A stretch of 52,081 nt of DNA from Akkermansia muciniphila (GTDB lineage Bacteria; Verrucomicrobiota; Verrucomicrobiia; Chthoniobacterales; Chthoniobacteraceae), in NCBI GenBank assembly GCA_945874745.1, contig CAMCIN010000001.1, positions 1 to 52,081 of the forward strand, read 5' to 3'. Made by a program: the position numbers and the translations under genes. Below, piece after piece: positions 18,101 through 30,100 of this stretch (positions within the stretch are counted from its first letter, which is position 1; each line of letters begins with the position of its first letter). Below the pieces are notes generated by a model, which saw nothing but the letters and a program-made list of their open reading frames with translations, searched no databases and was not told the origin of the DNA.

Positions 18101-21100
18101 GGTGGACAGCGGGGCAACTCCACCCGAGGGAGCGGCGCCCTGACGCGTCAGTGAGAGGGCGGTGAGCGTACGCAGCTGCACCTCCGGAGTGGTGACGCTC
18201 CCGTAACCATTGCTGACGCGCACGGTGAAGCCGCGTGCCGAAGTCGACTTGGCGACGTTCTTGACGACCAACGAAGCCGTCTTGGCCCCCTCGATCACGT
18301 TGAGCTTCGTCCCAACCGGGGAGTCCGTAAGCAGAGCCCCGTTGAGGTACCATTGGTACTCGAGTTCCGTGGCGCTCCGCGCTGCCACCTTGAAGCTGGC
18401 CGCATCGCCAACGTTCACCACCTGGCGTTCGGGCGCCGTCTTAATGATGGGCATGCCCTCCACGGAGAGCAGCGCGGGCAAGCTGGCCAGCGTGCTTGCG
18501 GCACCCGAGACGACCACATCGTAGGCACCGGCGGAGCCGATGTTGGAGGCATCACCGAGCTCGGCCACAGCGATCTTGAGGGTGGCCGAACGCGTGCCGG
18601 AGATGCCCTTGGCAGGGGCATCCTGAAGCTCCACCCCGTCCTTGCGCCACTGGTAGGACAAAACAAACTCGCCATCGAGCGGAGTCCCTGTCGCTGCCAC
18701 GGTGAAGGAAACCGGATCGCCGGCCTTCACTGTTTTGAGCAGCGGCTGGGAAGTGATGGCCACCGGCACGGGCAGGAGTGCTTCTGCAATCGCGCTTTGC
18801 TCGGAGCCGGCGAGATTGGAAACAATCACGTCGTAGCTGCCCGCGTCCGCGGCGCTGGCCTTGGAGACAGAGAGGCTCGCCTCGGTGGCGCCCTGGATGT
18901 CCGTGCCGTTTTTGCGCCACTGGTAGGTGAGGGGCTCGTCGCCGGAAGCCTGCACCAGGAGGGTAAAGGGCTTATCAAGCGTGAGCGCGGTCCGGCGAGG
19001 CTGCTGTTCGATGAGGGCCGGGAGGCGCACCTTCAAAAGACCCGAGGCGCTGAGCGAGGTGCCGAGGGAATGGTTGACCTGCACGTCGTACGTGCCTTCG
19101 CGCGCCAGTTTGTCGGCGGCTGGCGTTGCGCCCTGGGCGGCCAGGACCCTGTACACGGAGGAGGTCGCCCCGGAAATGGGTGCGCCATTGCGGCGCCACT
19201 GGTAGGTCAATTCCGAGCCCTTGGCCACCACTGAGAAGACAGCGACGTTGCCGGGATTGACGACAATCAATGGCTCGGGCTGGCCCTTGGGATCAATGAC
19301 ATCCAGTTCGCGCACCGCGACGGCCGCTTCGCGGGAATAGACGCTACCCCGGGCGTTCTGGACCCACAGCCGGTAGAGGCCGGCGTCGGTGGGACGCGCT
19401 GGGCTGAGGGAGAGCTGGACATCGGAAGCGCCGCTGATGGCACTCCAGCGCCCTGCGCGGAAGCGCTCCCACTGGTAGCTGAGCGTCCCGGCCTCCAAGG
19501 CCTGGGCCTGCAACAGTGCGGTGCCGCCCGCGGTGAGCGAGATGTCCTGGGGCTGGCCATTGGAGGAGAGCTGAGGCACGGGCAGGAGGCGCACGGCCAC
19601 GGGCACACTCCGCACGGTGCCTAGATCCAAAGTGCCGTTCCGCCCCGAGACTTCCACAAAGAAGGTGCGAGCCACGTCGGTAACATTCGCCATCGTATAC
19701 GCATTGGTGACAGCGCCTGGAATTTTTGCAGAGCCCTCGTACCACTGGTAGGTTAGTTCGCCATCCCCGATGGCGCGCACTTCGAGTCTGGCTGTTCCCT
19801 CGCCCTGCAGCGTGGGAAGCACCTGCACCTGGGGCACCGGGGGCACGGTGATGGTGGCAGGCGTGAGCACCGTCAACGTGGCGGACTGACTCGAGACGGA
19901 GGTGGCTCCGCTGCTGAAGAGCACATCGTAAGCCCCTGCGTCAGACAGCTGCGCGGCTTTGAGCACCAAGGTGGGAGAGGTGGCTCCGGGCACGTTGACC
20001 CCGTTGCGCCGCCACTGGTAGCGAAGCAGCGAACCGGTGGCCCTGGCTTCAAGCACCGCCAACGTTCCGGCCAGCGTGGTCACCGACTTGGGATAGGCGG
20101 GATCGACTTTGAGCGCGTCGTTCAAGCCGATCACCGCGGCGTTGGAGGTGACCTTGTTAATGGAGTTGCTCACGATCACGTCGTATTCGCCTTCGGTGTC
20201 TCCGGTGAGACTTGGGATGACAAACTCCGCGGTGTTGGCGAGGGGAATGGCGACGGTGTCTTTACGCCACTGATAGGACAACGGCGCAAGGCCGGTGGCC
20301 GTCACCAGCAGCTTCACGGGGGTGCCGGAGTTTGCGGTGCGGCTGAGCGGATGCACGGTGATGGCGACAGGCGCCTTCACGGTGAGGAGCTGCGCGGCGC
20401 TGGTGGCTTCGTTGACTGCGTTGGCAACCTTGACGGAGTAGGAGGCTGTCGCGGCAGCATCTGTGGTGAGGGAGTAAGTCTGCCCCGTGCCATTCTGAAG
20501 AATCTGCACGCCGTTCTTGAACCACTGGTAGGTCAACGGGGCTGTTCCCTTGGCGGAGGCAATCAGCGGCAGCACCTGGTTGAATTCGACCAGTCCCGTA
20601 CCCGGAGTAAACTGCACCTCGGAGACCGGCTCGCGCACGGAGAGCAGGGCTTCGCCACTGGTCTTGGAGCTGAGCACCTTTCCTGTAAGGGAATCCGTGT
20701 TGGAGACACGCACCGAAATCTTGGCACCGGAATCGGCGGCCTTGACCACCGGGAGGGTGTAGGCCGCAGCGGTGGCCCCGGAAATGGGGAGCCCGTTGCG
20801 CAGCCACTGGTACTTCAGTTCGCTGCCTGTGGCGGCGACCGAGAAGGGCACCTTGAGCTGGCCGGGGTTGAGGACCACGGTCCCTTGGGGCCCGGACTGA
20901 AGCTCAACCGCCTGGAGCACCTTGAGGGTGGCGCTGCTCGAAACGGAGCTGAACGTGTTGGCCGCTTCAACGGTGTAATCTCCGGCGTCGGAAAGCTTCA
21001 CGGCGGGCAGGGAAAGGGTCTGCGCGGTCTGGGCATCCAAAGACACGGCACCGCGCTTCCACTTGAAGGAGAGAGCATTGCCGGTAGCGGAGAAGCTCGA

Positions 21101-24100
21101 CCAACGGAGTTCCTGGCCTTCCAACACGGTGAGCGGCAGCAGCTGGTTTTCGAGCACGGCGGGGCGCTGGTTGAGCGCCACCCGCTTGGCTTCGGAAGCG
21201 CGCGAGCCCACCTTGTTGCTGACGACCACGTCGTAATCGCCCTCGCCGGCCGCGCCGTTGAGGGTGAAGCGCAAGCTTGAAGCCGTCCCTCCCGAGACAA
21301 CGGAGACAGATTTTGGGTCCAAGGGCACCCCGTTGAGCCGCCACTCAAAGGTCAGGGCAGACAAAGACTGCGCTGTCACGGCGAGATCGATGGTTCCACC
21401 CGGGGCCGCCACAAGACTGCCCGAGGAAGTAAGCGCACCAACCACTGGGAGTTGCTTGACGGTGAGCAGGACCGGCGTTTCGGTCAGGTCGGTGGCTGAG
21501 GCCGGCGTGAGTGCACCCGAAAACTGCGCCTTGTTGGAGACCCGCACCGTGTAGGCCGCCTCGGTGGCGCCGTTGGCCGCCAATTCGGCAGCGACCACCT
21601 GCAGGCTGGCCTGCGTCCCGCCAACGATGGCCTCGCCTCCCTTAAACCACTGGTAGTCAAAAGGAGCAGTGCCTTGGGCGCCCACAGAAAGCGTCACGGT
21701 CTGGTTCGGGTTGAGCGCCTGCGCCTGCGCGGCGAAGGGAATCCGCTCGATTTTAACCGGCTCAAACAGAGCCAACTGGACTTCCTGAGTGGTCTGTTTG
21801 GTGTCGACAAAGGCACCTGCAAAGCCTCCGGAGACGATCTCCACCCGATACCTGCCGACGGTGCGGTCACTTGCTTTCTTCACTTTGAGAAGCGGCGTCG
21901 TCGTGCCCGCGTACAGGTCTCCATCGCTGAGGGCCTGCCACGCGCCAACCACCGGGAGATAGTACCAGCGGTAATGCAGCTCGTAACCTGCGGCTGTCAC
22001 GCCGAAGGCCGCCTCAGCTCCTTCGGGCAACTGAAGGCTTTCAGGCTGTCTGGTGATGTTGACCGAGTGGACGGTGAGCGTGCCTGAGGCGACTGTCGCA
22101 CCGTAACTGCCTGCGGAAACCAGCACCTCGTACACCCCGGCCTTGCCTGCCGCGGTGTCCGTGGACTCCAGCGGAAGGGCAGTGAAAGCGAGCACCTGCT
22201 TGGTTTCGCCCGGCAAATCCACGCCGTCCCGGCGCCACTGGTAAGTGAGTGGGGCGTCACTGGTGACCAAGGCTTTCCAGCCCGCCTTGGTGCCGGCGGA
22301 AAGCGCCCAGGAGAGCGGCTCAAAGCTCACCACCGGTTTGCCCACCAGCACCGTCAGATCCGAGGACACCGCCGACCTGGAGACGCCTCCCGCAGTGGCG
22401 GTAGCTTTCAAGTGGTAGGTGCCAGCATCGGTGGCAAGACCTTGCAGCGACAGGGTCGAGGAGGTGGCGCCCGCAACCGCCACCCCGTTTTTGAACCACT
22501 GGTAGCCGGCGGAACTGACGAGGTAGCCGTCCAAAACCACAGGCACGCTCACGGGATTGCCCGTGGTAAAGAGGGAAGCCATGGGCTGCGTGATAATCTC
22601 CACCCATTCCCTGACTCTGACGCTGGTCACACGGCTTTCGACTTCGCCTGCAAAGTTAGAAACGACTACGGAGTAATTATTTGAGCCAGCTGCCAAAACC
22701 TTTCCGATCTTTAGCGTTGAAGACGTGGCACCTTCCAAAACGAGCCCATCGCGTTTCCAGACGAACTCCGGCGCCGGCACGCCCAGAGCAGAAACCGAAA
22801 GCTCCACATCGTCACCAATCTTGGCGTCCACGGCGGTGGGCTGTGTGACAATCGAAGGCGCAAGGCCGTACACCAATTCTGCGGCTTGGCTGAGCACGGT
22901 GCCGACCGTATTGGAAACCTCCACCGCATACTGTCCGGCGAGACTGGCCTGCATCGTCCCGAGGTTGAGTGTGGCTGCGGTTCCCCCAGAGACGGCGGCA
23001 CCGCCCTTGAGCCACTTGTACTGCAACGTGGGCGAACCCGCGGCCAAAACCGTCAACTGCACCGGGTCCCCGGGCTTGACGATGCCCCCGGTGGGCTGGA
23101 CCAGAATGCTTGGTGAAATCTCAGGCCCGATGGTGAGCGCGGCGTTTGCCGAGCCCTGGTAATTGGGATCCTCGATTGTGGCGACCACGAGGTAGTTACC
23201 GTTGCGGGTGGGCCTGTCTGTCTTGCCGGCGTAGGTCACTGAGCACGTGAGCCCGGCGGGCACCGTGGTGTAGGTCAACCCATGGGGCAGACCGTCATAG
23301 TCGACGGAAGAGGCTCCCGCGAGGGTGACAGTGGCTGCCTTTTTGGCCACGACCAATGTCTGCTCGATGGCGGCGGCGGGGTAGAATCTGGCATCCCCGT
23401 TCTGCGTGGCGCGGACGAGAATCGGACCCGCCCCCATGATCGTCAGAGTGCCGTCGGAGACGCTGCCCGAACCGCTGACCACCGTGTAACCCACGCCGAG
23501 GCCGGAACTGGCGGTGGCGCCCAGTACGACGGGTGCGTCCAGGTAGGTACGCTCGGCGAGTTCGCCAAAGGAGATGCTCTGCGAAGCGCGGTCCACGCTG
23601 AAGCTGCGATCCACGTCCGGCGCGGGCAAATGGTTGGCATCGCCCGGCTGGCTGGCGCGGACCAGCACGGTCCCACCGGCCGTCAAAACCAACGAACCGC
23701 CGCTGAGCACGGCGGGCCCGCTGACATGGCTGAAAGTCACGGGCAGCCCCGCACTGGACACCGCTGAGAGATTGAGGGCCGCATCTCCAAAGACCTTCGG
23801 ATTGAGCGACTCAAACGTGATGGTCTGCGCCTTTTTGGCGACCACAAAGGACTGCTCCACGCTTTGGGCCGCCAGATAGTTGGAGTCCCCCGCACGGGTC
23901 GCAAGCACCACAACCGTGCCGGCGCCCGTGACCGAAACCACATTCCCCTGCCCGAGCGTCGCCGGCCCGCTCACGCTGAGGGTCACCGGCAAACCGCTGC
24001 TGGCCGCTGCACTCAGCGCAAAGGAAGCGTCCCCGAAGGTGCGGCCCGCCAGCGCTCCAAAGAAGATTTCTTGGGCCGACTTCGCCACCGGGATGGTGAA

Positions 24101-27100
24101 GAGCGCGGAGCCGGGCAGGTAGTTGGCGTTGCCCGATACCGACCCACGCACCACCAGGGAGCCGGCCCCCAGCAAGCTTGCGGTATCACCGATGACCTCA
24201 CCCGGGCCGCTTACATAGCTAAACGTCACCGGCATCCCGGAGTTGGCAGTGCCCGAAAGGACAAACGGGTTGTCCCCGAAAGTCTTGGCGGCCAACGCCC
24301 CCAGCTGGATGACGGGAGCCGCGGGCAGGACGGCGAGCGTCTTTTGGACCTCGGGCGCGGCCAGATACTCCGCGTTCCCGGCCTGGATGGCTTTGAGCAC
24401 CAGGGTGCCCGTACCGAACACGCGCAAGGTGCCTCCATTCAGTGCTCCCGGACCGCTCAGGAGGGCAAACCCCACGGGCAGCCCGGAAGTCGTCGCTGCG
24501 CTTAGGGTGAAGGGCGCGGGATCGAAGTCCTTGCTCGCGGGCAAGTCGAAGGTGAGCGCCTGGAACTGGCGGTTAAAGACCAGCGTCCGGACCACCGGTA
24601 GCGCGGGGGCGTAGCTTTCGTTTCCTGGCTGGCTAGCCTGAATCAAGACGGTGCCGGTGCCGGAGAACACCAGCACGTTACCCTCGATGATCGCGGGACC
24701 GCTGAGCTTGGTCCAGGTGATCGGCAAGCCGGAAGAGGCCTGTCCCAAGAGTGACAGAGACCCGTCGGCAAGCACAGCGTCTGCAGAAAGTTCGGGCACC
24801 TCGAGAGCCTGGACGCCCCTGGTTGTGTAGGCCATTGAGAGCGGCCCTGCGGAGGCGGAGATGACTCCGGAGCCGACCTGGACGGGGGTCGACCGGTTTG
24901 TGGTGGACTGGTCCCCGAGCTGGCCGGAGGTGTTGAGGCCCGTGCCATACAACTGCTCCTCGGCGTTGAGTACGAACGTGGAATTGCCACCGGCGAATAC
25001 CGCTTTTCCAAGCAGGCTCAGCGACTGGCCCACCCGCACCGCGGCGGCCCGGTCGGTGGTGGTGCCGTCGCCCAACTGGCCATAGGCGTTTGAGCCGGCG
25101 GCCCAGACCATCCCGTTGGAGGTAAGCCAGACCATGTGCTGTGCGCCCGCGGCAACCGCTGTCACGGAGGAGGCCACCTGCACGGGAACGAGTGCATTGT
25201 CGGTGCTGCCGCCGGTGCCGAACTGGCCTGAGGCGTTGGACCCGGCCATCCACAGGGTTCCGTCCGTCTTGAGGAAGGCGCTGGTGCTGGCTCCGGCGGC
25301 GATCGCCTTGACTTCGGAGAGGACCTGCGCGGGAACGAACCGGCTGGTGGTGGTGCCGTCGCCCAAGGCCCCCGAGACATTGGCTCCCGCCGCCCAGACG
25401 GTGCCGTCAGCCTTGAGGTAGAGGGTGTAGTTGTCCGCCGAACCGGCGCTTTTGGCGACCGCCACGACGTTGGAGGCGATCCGCACGGGGCTGATCCGAT
25501 TGGTGGTCGTGCCGTCCCCGAGTTGGCCGTAGCTATTGAGTCCCATCGCCCACAGCGAGCCGTCAGTCTTGAGGTAGTGGGAGGACTTGTCCGCACCGGC
25601 GGCGGCGGAAAGCACGTCGGAAGCGATCCATACGGGCGTGGTCCGGTTGGTGGTCGAATTGTCGCCCAGCTGGCCTGCGGAATTGTCGCCCATGCCCCAG
25701 AGGCTGCCGTCGCGGGTGACAAACAGGGTGTGGAACTGGCCGGCGGAGCTTTGGAGCACCGTGGCAGTGTTCCCCAGCGAAACGGCCTGGACGTCGGACT
25801 GGAGCTCGAGGATTTCCGCCGCGCTCAGGGCACGGGCATACACCCGCACTTCGTCCATGGCGCCGCTGAAGAAGTCGGAACCGGCGCGGAGATCCTTGCC
25901 GAGCACAAAGTCGGTGGCGACATGGGCCACATCGGCGCCGGTCACGGTGCCTGCGGGCTTGCCGTCGACATAGTAGGTGCCGCGCGTCCCGTCTTTGACG
26001 AACGCGATGTGGCGCCAGGAGCCGGAATTGACCGCCACGCTGGAGGGGACGCCGAAGAATCCATAGCTGCCGTTGTAGTCCCAGTAGTGGAGGCGGCCAT
26101 CTGCATCGAGGGTCAGGAGCTGCTCTCCGTTGAAATTATTCGCACTGCGACCCATCGAGAAAATGGTAGCGTTGACGCCACTGGTTTTGATCCAGGCGGT
26201 AAAGGTCATCTGGTGGTCAGGCGCGGCGGTGAGACTCGCGCGCTGCACAAAGCTCGAAGTTCCGTTAAAGGCGAGGGCTCCTTCTGTGCGTCCATCCCGG
26301 CTGGTAGTGAGCGACACGAAACTCAGAGGGAGGTGCTGTGCATACCCGGAGGAATCGTTACCGTTGCCGTCGAAGCGGTAGGCCGCCAGCAACGCGGGGT
26401 CGGGATAGCGCGTCAAAAGCGTTGGCGTGCTGCGGTTGGTCGTGGTGCCGTCTCCCAACTGCGCGTTTGCGTTGAGGCCGGAGAGGTAGAGCTGGCGGCC
26501 CACGGTGTCGCGCACTGCGACGCGAGCGGTGTCCGAACTGACCGAGTCAAAGGGCCCGGTGACCTGCACCCGGTAGTTGCCGGGATTCAGCTGCGGATCG
26601 ACTTGGAGCACCGGTACGGTGGCACCGCTGAGGGCGAGCCCGTTGAGATACCACTGGTAGGCGAGATGGTAGCCGGAGGCCGCCACGCTCAGAACCGGGT
26701 TCATTCCCGGGAGGGAGAAGATGGAGGCCACGTTGGACTGGATCGTCGTCAACGAGGCGGGCTCGCCAAGGTAGGCGGAGTAATTCCAGCCTGCAGACAT
26801 CCCCAGCCCGTCTGCCACCAGCACCGGGTAATTGCGGTTGGTCGTGGTGCCGTCGCCCAGCGTGCCGGAGCCGTTGTAGCCAAGTGCGAACGTCGCACCA
26901 TCGTTGCGGCGAATCAGCGTGCTTGCGTTGGAACAGGAGACCGCTGTGGCGTTGGCGAAAGGCGCGCCTGAGGAAGCAGCCACACGGGCAAAGACGTTCC
27001 GTGAAACCGTCGACCCATCGCCGAGCTGACCGTAGGCATTGCTGCCGCCGGTCCACACCGTGCCATCCGTCTTCACAAAGGCCATGTGCTGCCAGCCGGC

Positions 27101-30100
27101 TGAAACCTGGGCGACCCCGGTGGCCACCTGGACGGGAACAGTCACGTTTGCGGTGCTGCCGTTGCCGAATTGACCATCCCCGTTGTAACCGGTTGCCCAG
27201 AGGGAACCGTCGGTCTTGACGAACGCGGAGTGGTAGGCACCCGCGGAAAGGGAAGCGACCCCGGAGGCGATCAGTACGGGCACCCTGCGCGTGGTGCTGG
27301 TGCCATCGCCCAGCTGACCGTAGCCATTGCTGCCGATTCCCCAGAGGGTGCCGTCGGCCTTAAGGAACAACACAAACGGCTCAAAGACGCTGGAAACCTT
27401 GCTGGCGTCGACCGCCACCACGTTGTCTGCAATCCAGGCCGGACGCAGCCGCTGCGTCGTGGTGCCGTCGCCCAGTTGGCCGGCATCATTGGCGCCCACG
27501 CCCCAGAGACTGCCGTCGGTCTTGATGAAGTAAGACGAGCCCTGGCCGCCGTTGAAGTTCGAACCGCTTGCCGCCGCCTGCACCACGTCGGAGGAAACAA
27601 ACACCGCACGGGTGCGGTTGGTCGTCGTGCCATCGCCCAACGCGCCGTTTTGGTTCGAGCCCACCGCGAAGAGATTATTTCCAACGGTGACAAAGAGGGT
27701 GTGCGAGGCACCCGCGGAAACCTGCAGCACGCTGGAGACCCCCGAGGGAACGGGAGCCGCCGCCTGTGCGAACAGCAACGCAATCTCCGAGGCGCCCAGG
27801 TCGGTGTCGTACAAACGGACATCGTCCAACAGACCGGTGAAGAAACCGTTGTTGTCGCGCGCGTTCTTACCCAACACAAACCGCGCGACTCCGTAGGAGA
27901 CGTCCGCTGCTGCGCTGGCCGTTCCGGCAGGCTGACCGTCCACAAAGAAAGTCCCGTTCAGTCCGTTCTTCACAAAGGCGACATGGTGCCACTCTCCGTC
28001 GGCAACCGCCCCGGTGGAAACGGCGTTGAAGCCCGCGCCGGTGCCCCAATCCGAGAAAGCGAGGTTTCCAGCTTCGTCAATGTAGAGCTGGAACGAATTG
28101 TTGACGGAGGACTCTGTCCGGTTCAGAGCGGCAATCACCGCGTCCGTGCTGCTCGTTTTAATCCACGCCGCGATGGTCAGCCGCGAGTTTGGTGCAGAGG
28201 AAAGAACCGTCCTTTCCAGATAGCCACCGGAGCCGCCGTCCAGTCGGGCGGCCCAAGTCTGCTGGCCGGAGGGTACGGCAACATAGCTGTAGGTCACACC
28301 ATTAAAGGCGCTGAGCGTGCTGCCGTTGCCGGAAAAGTCCGTGCCTCCGGAAGAGAAACTATAGCCGGCCACCACAGGAATCGGGCTGCGCGCCACATAC
28401 GACGGGCTGGTCCTGTCCGAGGTGGAGCCGTTTCCAAGCTGCCCATAGTTGTTGTTTCCGGCGGTCCAGAGAGGAGCGGCCTCCTCTGCGGAAAGGGTGG
28501 GCGCAACGCGTACGGTACGGGAGGGGGTCACGCCGAACTCGGAGGAGACTTCCACGCGATACGAAGCAGCGGAAACGACAGAAGAAATATTCAGGGTGCT
28601 CTGGGTCCCACCCTCGATGGCCGTTCCATTCTTGAACCACTGGTAAGCAAGCGTGCCAGGGCCCGTGGCGCCCACCGCGAGGGTCGCATCTGTCTGGGGT
28701 GCGACATACTGGGTGAACGGCTCCGCGAGGATGCTCGGCACCGGGTTGGCCTCGATGATAACGGCCGCGAGACTGCCTCGGTTGGGGGCGGCACCGGGCT
28801 GGCCCTGAATGGTGAGGGTGCCGCCGGTCAGTCCGGTCAGCTTCCAGAAGTTGCCGCGCCGTCCCTGCTGTGCGTCGATCTGAATCCACTGCTGGCCCGC
28901 CGCATCCCAGGAGCCGTATGCCGGCGCCTGTGCGGGGGAAGCCCCGCCAAACACCCAGGTGCCGTTCACCCGGAAGTCCAACGTGTTGTAGGGATTCGCC
29001 GCGCTGTCGCTGGCCACCAACCCATACACGTTGTAGCTGGGGTACGGGATGTTGGCGACGGTCACTGCGGCGCCGCTGCCGTCGTTGAGGTAGCCATAGA
29101 GAAGGCGCCCGTTTTGAGTGGTGGTGGCGGCGCCGGTCCGGCCGGTGCTCGCGGCGCTCCAGCTGACACTGAGAGGCGAAGCAAAGCCTGTGTCGTCCTG
29201 TAGCGCTGTTGTCGCGCCCGTGGCGGCGCCGGCGTTGGTGAGGTTCCACACGCGCGTGCCCAGCGGGCCCTTTGGCGTGGTCGCATCAAGGGTGTCCAGC
29301 GCGCTGTCTGCAAAGTGAAGCGCCAGCGTGCGCGGCACATCGTTGACGTTTACCACGAGGGGAGCCGTTGCCGTACCGCCCGCGTTCACAACGCCCAAGG
29401 TGATGGTGTAGGTCCCGGCGCTGCCGACCGAACCCGAAAGCACTCCCGTTGCGGCGTTGAGGCTCAGGCCGGAGGGCAGGCCCGATGCCGTGAAGGACGT
29501 CGGCTCGTCGGTGGCGGTAATCTGGTAGGAGAACGCGCCCCACGCTCCTGCGGAAACGGCGAGCGGACTGGTGATAGTCGACTTCGGCCCGCCGGTTGCG
29601 CCGTTGGCCCACTTAAGGCGGAACTCCGGCGTCAGGTTGACCACGTTGCCCGAGATGGCGTTCGAAAGCGTGAGCGGCGCGTTGAGCGAGAAGGCAAGGG
29701 TGGCGCCCTGAGACACCACGAGCTGCCCGGTGCCAGGCTTGGCGCCGGCGCCAAAGCGGAGCGTGCCAGCCTGCACGAACAGGCTGCCGGTGTTGGTGCT
29801 CACACCCGCGAAGGTGGCCGTACCGGAGCCGGTTTTGAGGATCGCACCGAGGCCGCCCAAAACATTGGGCAACTCAATGTCGGTGTCCGCCGCCACAATC
29901 AGAGCCGCGCCCGAGGCAACCGACACGGGCCCCGTTCCAAGGCCGTTCGAAAGTGAGACACGCAGGGAGCCCGCGTTGATTGAGGTCCCGCCGGCGTAGG
30001 AGTTGGCGCCGGTGAGCGTAACGGTGTGGGAGTTGTTCTTCAGTAATGAGCCCGCGCCGGTGATCGAGTTGGCAAACCCGTAGTTCTCAATACCAAGCAC

